This document shows positions 58,548 through 63,949 of a DNA stretch of 63,949 nt, piece by piece. Where the stretch lies: contig JACZKT010000370.1 of NCBI GenBank assembly GCA_014859905.1, forward strand, positions 1-63,949. The letters run 5' to 3'. Made by a program: the position numbers and the translations under genes. The DNA is from Rubrivivax sp. Lineage in GTDB: Bacteria; Pseudomonadota; Gammaproteobacteria; Burkholderiales; Burkholderiaceae_C. A model generated the notes under the pieces. It made no database searches. It was not told the DNA's origin and saw nothing but the letters and a program-made list of their open reading frames with translations. How positions within the stretch are numbered: position 1 is the first letter of the stretch; each line of letters opens with the position of its first letter.

Positions 58548-59630
58548 ATGACCATCGAGTCACAAGACGACGGTGAAGGCCGGTATCTGGGAGACAGAAG
58601 GCTCTCAGAGCTAATGACCGTGCCCGTCCCTCCTACGACTCCCGAGGAACAAGAGCGCCATCGCATTTATTGTTATTTGTTGCTCTACCTGCTTAACGAA
58701 CACTGGAATCCATACAAATATGGGTGCGAAGGAGAGTACCCATGGGCGGAGGGCACTAACGCGCGCAGAAGTACATACCTTGGTCACAACATCGCAGCGA
58801 TCGCCGTTAGCCCAACTGGCAGGATTGTGGATTTTGATTTCAATCACAACGAACTGTTTAACAGCTCCGCAGAACACGCAGAAGCTCGCCTTCTTCGTCG
58901 GCTGTTTGCTCTTGGCAAGCAATTTGCAGAACGGCTAGATCGAGAGTACATTGAGGAGGAATTCAACAAAATGCAATCCGGGATAGAGCTCGATCCCACA
59001 GCGGGTAGTGAGACCCACCATAAGTGGTGGTATCGCTCGGAAAACACGATGTCCCGTACACATTTTGGTCGGACTCTTGCTCGAATCACGATTTACACAA
59101 GCTTGGAGTCCTGCGCGCAGTGCTCGGGGATGATGGCTCTTGGAGCCGTCGAGAAGGTGGTGTATTTGCAAGCCGATCCCGGCCAAAATCACATCGGCGC
59201 CATTCTGTTCAACCTCAACGGCGGAAATACCGCATTTAAGTCGCCACTCCCAGTTCCAGCCAGTGAATACGGAGTCGCTGAGTACACGGCGCTCTCTCAT
59301 GCCTACTCGAAGTATCTAAAACAAATTCAATCATCGCGGGTAAAGTCTTTTTACAAGATGGGCGATGAAAATATACTTCCGAGCTCGTCACTAACTACGT
59401 TTCTATGTACAAGCGCCGCGAAGAAGATCCTTCAGTCGGCGGCCTATAAGTTTTCCAGAGAGAAGGAGTACCCTGTTGGGCTCCCGTTTCCATTGGGGTC
59501 AAGGTTGCAGTACGGGGATTGGCAGCCTTCGCCAACAGCACTGACGAATCGGGAGGTGTGGGGAGCGGCAGAGCTATTTGCTCAAGGAACACTCCGGTAT
59601 GGCCGCAGAGGAACACCCCATCGTAGCTAA
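58548..59630 (+). CDS. Zn-dependent nucleoside/nucleic-acid deaminase (CDA fold, extended)
   Basis: SAEHAEARL and TSLESCAQCSG motifs; lower GC than the backbone. Confidence 0.8.
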   Translation: MTIESQDDGEGRYLGDRRLSELMTVPVPPTTPEEQERHRIYCYLLLYLLNEHWNPYKYGCEGEYPWAEGTNARRSTYLGHNIAAIAVSPTGRIVDFDFNHNELFNSSAEHAEARLLRRLFALGKQFAERLDREYIEEEFNKMQSGIELDPTAGSETHHKWWYRSENTMSRTHFGRTLARITIYTSLESCAQCSGMMALGAVEKVVYLQADPGQNHIGAILFNLNGGNTAFKSPLPVPASEYGVAEYTALSHAYSKYLKQIQSSRVKSFYKMGDENILPSSSLTTFLCTSAAKKILQSAAYKFSREKEYPVGLPFPLGSRLQYGDWQPSPTALTNREVWGAAELFAQGTLRYGRRGTPHRS

Positions 59631-60208
59631 GCTAGTCCGCGTGATCGCAGAGGTCGCGGTAGATGCTTTGACTCCGCCGAACCAGCTATACCGATGTGTC
59701 CGGCTGGCGCTGGGCGCTAGTGGAGAAATTTCCTTCAAGGCGCTGTTCGCTCTGTTTGCGTTTGGGTTCTCAGGGCATTTTCTTCGCGTTGCGATGTGCC
59801 GGATGGCCCGAAGCCAGCTGCTGACATGAAATCGATGGCCGCTTTCAGCAGCCGCAAACTTCCGCAGAGGGTTGGGACTTGCCGCCCGCAGCCCGTGGAA
59901 GCTGACGTCGGCGTGGCGCCCCCGACGATTCAGGCTCGTTTCCCGCACGCCATCGGCAATGTGCGGCAGCTTCCGATGTACAGCGGCCGGACGCCTGGAC
60001 GGATGATGAATGGCAGGTTCCGACGGGGGCAGTCGTTCGGCCGCCAAACCTGAGCGACGGCAGCCAGTCTGTTCCAGCCACCCAGCCGCTGCGCTCGAGT
60101 GACAGCAGATGGCCGATAGCGTGAAGCAGGGCGGGGAAGAAGCAGCCGGTTGTGCCAGCCCTACTCCCACAAAATTCCGCGCAGAGCGTGCCCGCAGGCA
60201 AAGTACGA

Positions 60209-62113
60209 CTACGTCCGCGAACCGATGAGTCGAGCCAATACCTGGCCATCGATGGGCTTCTGAAGGAAACCGTCGAAAGGCCAGACCTGGCCCGTGGCCT
60301 GGTTCTCTGCGGCGCTAATGAGAATCAGCATCGCTGCGGTGTTCGGCCCACCACCGTCGCGGATTTCAGTCGCCAACGCCAGGCCATCCGTGTCCGGCAT
60401 CTCCAGATCGATCAGCGCCACATCGAAGTGCATGCTGGCAAGCAGGGGTCGCGCCTCGGCCGCCGAGCCTACTGCATGGCACGCGTGGCCCAGCCGACGC
60501 GTCACGTCGCTGAGTGAATCTCGAACGTCGGACAGATCATCCACGATCAGGACACTGAGTGATTCGCGACTCTCGACTCGGTTGCCTTTGCCCGCAACGG
60601 GTTGCACCTGTTTCGCTGGGACGCTCACCGTGAAGGTGGTCCCCTGCCCTTCTGGGTCAGCGGCATCCCGAGATTGCACTTCAAGGCGACCATTCAGCTG
60701 TTGCAGTACGTCGCGGATCACAAAGAGGCCGATACCGGTTCCGTCGCTGCTCGACGCGAACGGCACAGCCGCACTCTTCAGCCGCTCCAAAGCAGCAGCA
60801 GGCAGACCTGGCCCGCTGTCATGAACGACAAACCGGACCACGCCCTCAGCTGAAGAGGCATCGGGTGTCTCCTCGCGCGGAACGTCGGTCGCCAACGCTG
60901 CATCGTCTGCGGCAATGGCGAAACTCTCGAATGGCTTCACGCGAACTCGAACATGGCCCGTGCTTGTGTAGCGCACGGAGTTCTCGACGAGGTTCCGAAG
61001 GACCTGCGCGATCCGGATCGGATCGGCGCTGACCGTGATCGGCGACGGCGGGAATTCGACCTCGAAGGCGAGCCCTTTGGCAGTTGCCCCATCTTCAAGG
61101 CCGGCACAGACATCCCGAACCAGCTCGCCAAGCTCGAAGGTCTCGGCCTGTATGGGCAGCTGTGCTGAGTCGCCGCGTTCGATGGTGAGAAGATCGCGCA
61201 GCTGGCCCTGAAGCACCGTCACGGCATGTCGGATGCGGCGGATCGCGGCAGCGTTCTCCGGCCGGCTGTCCTTCATGGCCAGCAGTTCCGCCGAGGCGAC
61301 GATGTTCTGCAGCGGCGAACGCACTTCATGGTTCACCATGCTCAGGAACTTGCGTTTCGCAACGAGTCCCTGCTCCATTGCTGCGACCGCACGTTGACGA
61401 TCATGCGCAGCCGTCCTGTAGCGGCGCCGGGACCGGATCGCGTACAGAAGCCAGAGCGCCAGTGCGGCCCAGCAGAACGCGAATCCGGCCCACGCCCACC
61501 AGATGCGCCGGGACAGGTTCTGCGTCAAGGCTTCCTTGGCGGTGACCTCGGCCAGGCGCACATCGTTCGCAAGTTGACTCACCAGCTCTTCATCGCCCGC
61601 GGCCTGGAACAACGCCAGCACGTTGGCGGCGTCGGCCTGGCCGAAAGCGCTTTTTTCCAGGATCGGGCCGACACGGCTCTGCAGCTCGGCCACCCGGTGT
61701 GTGGCGGTTGCATAGCCAGGCACGCCGCTCAAGAGGCTCTTGATCTCGGAGGGTTCCGTGAGGATGCTGACCCTGGAAGCGAGCACGGCAGCACGCCGGC
61801 TCAGTTCCTGCGTATTGACGGGTTCGCCGGCAGCGACGGCGCGCAGCTCCTGCTTCAGTCTGTGGTGCGCGATCTGGTACTGCGCGACGGACCAGTAGAA
61901 GCCTTCGTTGGGTACGGCGCTGGTCGCTCGGGAGAGAGTCAGCTGCTGGCTCAACATTGCGGTGGTAGCCGCCACGGCGGAAAGCACCACCAACGCCAGT
62001 ACAGGCCACCAACCAAAGCCCTTCGAAGAGGGTGCATCGCCCGAGCGCCGGCCGACCTGCAGAGGCTCGGCGGATAGCCGCGCCGGATCCCGGCGCTCCG
62101 TCACTTCACTCAA
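60209..62113 (-). CDS. Hybrid sensor histidine kinase (2 TM, HisKA, HATPase, REC)
   Basis: MVNHEVRSPL, NLVENSVRYT, DSGPG, GTGIGL, VDD...DLEMP...KP; start uncertain. Confidence 0.9.
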   Translation of the reverse strand: MSEVTERRDPARLSAEPLQVGRRSGDAPSSKGFGWWPVLALVVLSAVAATTAMLSQQLTLSRATSAVPNEGFYWSVAQYQIAHHRLKQELRAVAAGEPVNTQELSRRAAVLASRVSILTEPSEIKSLLSGVPGYATATHRVAELQSRVGPILEKSAFGQADAANVLALFQAAGDEELVSQLANDVRLAEVTAKEALTQNLSRRIWWAWAGFAFCWAALALWLLYAIRSRRRYRTAAHDRQRAVAAMEQGLVAKRKFLSMVNHEVRSPLQNIVASAELLAMKDSRPENAAAIRRIRHAVTVLQGQLRDLLTIERGDSAQLPIQAETFELGELVRDVCAGLEDGATAKGLAFEVEFPPSPITVSADPIRIAQVLRNLVENSVRYTSTGHVRVRVKPFESFAIAADDAALATDVPREETPDASSAEGVVRFVVHDSGPGLPAAALERLKSAAVPFASSSDGTGIGLFVIRDVLQQLNGRLEVQSRDAADPEGQGTTFTVSVPAKQVQPVAGKGNRVESRESLSVLIVDDLSDVRDSLSDVTRRLGHACHAVGSAAEARPLLASMHFDVALIDLEMPDTDGLALATEIRDGGGPNTAAMLILISAAENQATGQVWPFDGFLQKPIDGQVLARLIGSRT

Positions 62114-62607
62114 CCGCCCGCTTCGATCCTGTCGACTTGCCAGATGAACCTCGATTCCGCGATGGGACCCTTCAACGCGGCCGGATTCTGGTCGCGAGGG
62201 TAGATTGTCCACAGCGGACCCCACCGCTTGTTGTCCAGGCGCGCGCCATTTTGGCTATGCGCCAGGATCACGCCATAGCGCACAAGGTCCTCCCAGGGGA
62301 TCGGGGCCGAGTAGTCATCGAGGGTTTTGAAGATCAACGTGCCGGAGGTCACCCCGGCGGCTCGCATGACATCGAGCAGCAGGGGCCCGACAAACACCGA
62401 GGGCGGCGTCCACGGTGTGGCGGTCGTGATGCTGGTGGTGCCCAGCTTCAGAAACTCCGCTTCAGTGAAGTCGAAGGTGTCCTTGGCGTCGTTGTTGACG
62501 CGGCCGATGCGACCACTCACCGTGAGCAGCGCCTTGGGTTGCGGCGCCGCGGCCATGCTCGGTAGGGCAGCGAAGGCCATCGAGCCGAGCATCAGTCTCC
62601 GTTTCAT
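62110..62607 (-). CDS. Periplasmic molybdopterin-oxidoreductase-fold partner of the sensor kinase
   Basis: Tat-like MKRRLML signal, TATPWT...FVGP, LDDY, GPLWTIYP, WQV. Confidence 0.78.
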   Translation of the reverse strand: MKRRLMLGSMAFAALPSMAAAPQPKALLTVSGRIGRVNNDAKDTFDFTEAEFLKLGTTSITTATPWTPPSVFVGPLLLDVMRAAGVTSGTLIFKTLDDYSAPIPWEDLVRYGVILAHSQNGARLDNKRWGPLWTIYPRDQNPAALKGPIAESRFIWQVDRIEAGG

Positions 62608-62746
62608 CTATTTCCCTGGGTCAAAGCGAGTTGAGGTCACCTCCTTTTACCCCGTGCAGCGGCTCAATCCTGCCAAGCAGGCGTAACTCTTTGCGCGCCG
62701 GTTCAGGGCCTGCCGGCGCGGCGAAACCGCCCAAAGGCCGCCCAGG

Positions 62747-63091
62747 CTATGCAATCCCAAAGTGAGCGGTGAAAGCCGGCCACACTTCTTTACGCCAGAT
62801 GTCGTCGAGCGCGGCGATCACGCGCGGGTCTGGGTACCAGTAGAACCCGATCCAGTCGCTGACCGGCATGCCACGGTCAAAGGCCTCCACCACCAGCAGG
62901 CCGAAGGGGCTGACAGGCGAGACTGCGCCGAATCTGATCGGCCGCGCACGCCGGCTTTGCAAGACCAAGTCCAGGATGTCCAGCGACGGCGCGGCCGGGT
63001 GTGACGCGCGAAGCTTCAACGCGTCGTCCATGACAGCCGCCGCAACGGGATCGACATCACGAGCGGCGCCAGGCGGGAAAGCTGGGTCCAT
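62747..63091 (-). CDS. Hypothetical protein
   Basis: Plausible ORF, no recognisable motif. Confidence 0.5.
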   Translation of the reverse strand: MDPAFPPGAARDVDPVAAAVMDDALKLRASHPAAPSLDILDLVLQSRRARPIRFGAVSPVSPFGLLVVEAFDRGMPVSDWIGFYWYPDPRVIAALDDIWRKEVWPAFTAHFGIA

Positions 63092-63164
63092 GGGCTTGAC
63101 AACAGGACTGTATCCACGGACGCGGGCTTGGTGCAACGGCCGCCGCAGCACCGATGACCCTGCA

Positions 63165-63584
63165 TTGAAGTGCGCCCGCACTGCGGCGTTGGATCGCTCA
63201 GCTGGGAAGCTTCGCGCGTGTCATTGATGGGGTGGCAAGCCGGCCTTTGCGTTCGGTGGCTCGGGGTGGCTGATCTGCCTGTCGTTCCGCCTCTTTCCGA
63301 CGCATAGCGGCATCCAGTCAGGCCTCAAGGGTGAAGGCTGGCGCCCACGTCCTCACCCGGTCTCTGCACTTCGCTTTGCTCTGCTTCGAGCTGCGGCTTG
63401 CGGTCGTGCCCTTGTGTCCTGCCAGGACGCCGCTGTTCATGCGTCGAGGCGAAACCGACGGGCAGATTTCAACCACCACACGAGGCCACCAGCATGAACG
63501 CACAGTCCAAACACCCCATCCGTACTTCCACAACCCGCACCACCGATCCGCAGTTCCTCGGCCCCGAGGCTGGCCCACAGGCAG
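63165..63584 (+). repeat. Long leader repeat copy 4
   Basis: Near-identical to copy 1; encodes MNAQSKHPIRTSTTRTTDPQFLGPEAGPQA. Confidence 0.9.
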
Positions 63585-63949
63585 AGGGGACGGCAGGGGG
63601 TGAAAGTCAAAGCGGTAGCGAACTGGATGTCAACGGCAGCGAGCTGCATCGCTACTTCTCGATCGCACGCGGCGCCCTGATCTCAGTGCGGTCCAACGGC
63701 GTCACTCTCTGCCGCCAGGTCGATGAAGACTGGAAGGTGCTGTCGCGAAAGAAAGTGGACGTCCCGCTCGCGCAATGGGTGCTCAACAAGACGTCGTCAC
63801 TCAGCGCCCTGGCCCGCTGGCAGCTCGACGTTGACGAGCTGCCCAGCATGCAGGACCTGATGGCATGGAGTGAGGACGGCATCTGCGAAACGCCGACAGG
63901 CCACCGCGTGGAGCCCGATGGCACCGGGCCCGATGGCGTGCCCTCCTGG
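63494..63949 (+). CDS. Hypothetical protein with the shared leader peptide; runs off the window
   Basis: Open frame from ATG 63494 to the window end, finishing ...GICETPTGHRVEPDGTGPDGVPSW. Confidence 0.75.
   Translation, partial: MNAQSKHPIRTSTTRTTDPQFLGPEAGPQAEGTAGGESQSGSELDVNGSELHRYFSIARGALISVRSNGVTLCRQVDEDWKVLSRKKVDVPLAQWVLNKTSSLSALARWQLDVDELPSMQDLMAWSEDGICETPTGHRVEPDGTGPDGVPSW

Noticed and set aside
25990-60121. Integron attC cassette array as the explanation for the palindromes
   Set aside because: Units are too short, lack RYYYAAC/GTTRRRY boxes, flank genes of both orientations, and no IntI gene is present.
1-63949. Replication initiator, iterons, integrase, tRNA or rRNA
   Set aside because: None recognised, so plasmid versus ICE cannot be decided from this window.

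Overview
GC-rich, betaproteobacterial-looking segment of a conjugative plasmid or ICE. No rep gene, integrase, rRNA, tRNA or CRISPR array was seen. The backbone is a VirB/VirD4 (P-type) T4SS operon (38.5-53.4 kb, minus strand), MobC plus a MOBP relaxase with an RP4-like nic site (CCTATCCTG^C on the minus strand, about 32298), StbAB and TraX. Establishment genes (DUF3560-methyltransferase, RadC, large ParB-like, ArdC) are oriented so that the transferred strand is their template. Four of these units (DUF3560-MTase, ParB-like, ArdC and a gene at the right edge) sit behind a ~410-bp repeat that folds into a long hairpin and also supplies a shared N-terminal peptide. The cargo is rich in defence and conflict genes: a DUF499/DUF3780 restriction-like operon with an extra AlbA_2-HATPase gene, a five-gene phosphoesterase-GASH-GTPase-GTPase-GAP1 system lying between a RelB-like gene and a zeta toxin, an XRE-ImmA/PIN module with divergent small genes, a low-GC nucleotidyltransferase-NADAR/TM/DUF2971 operon, an MBL hydrolase, an ABC-ATPase/TOPRIM-like protein and a Zn-dependent deaminase. 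Other cargo includes a P450, an alpha/beta hydrolase, an IS66 with target duplication and a sensor kinase/regulator pair. Clusters of degenerate ~25-30 bp palindromes mark almost every cargo boundary and may be sites of a gene-capture system. All family calls are by motif recognition, not database searches.
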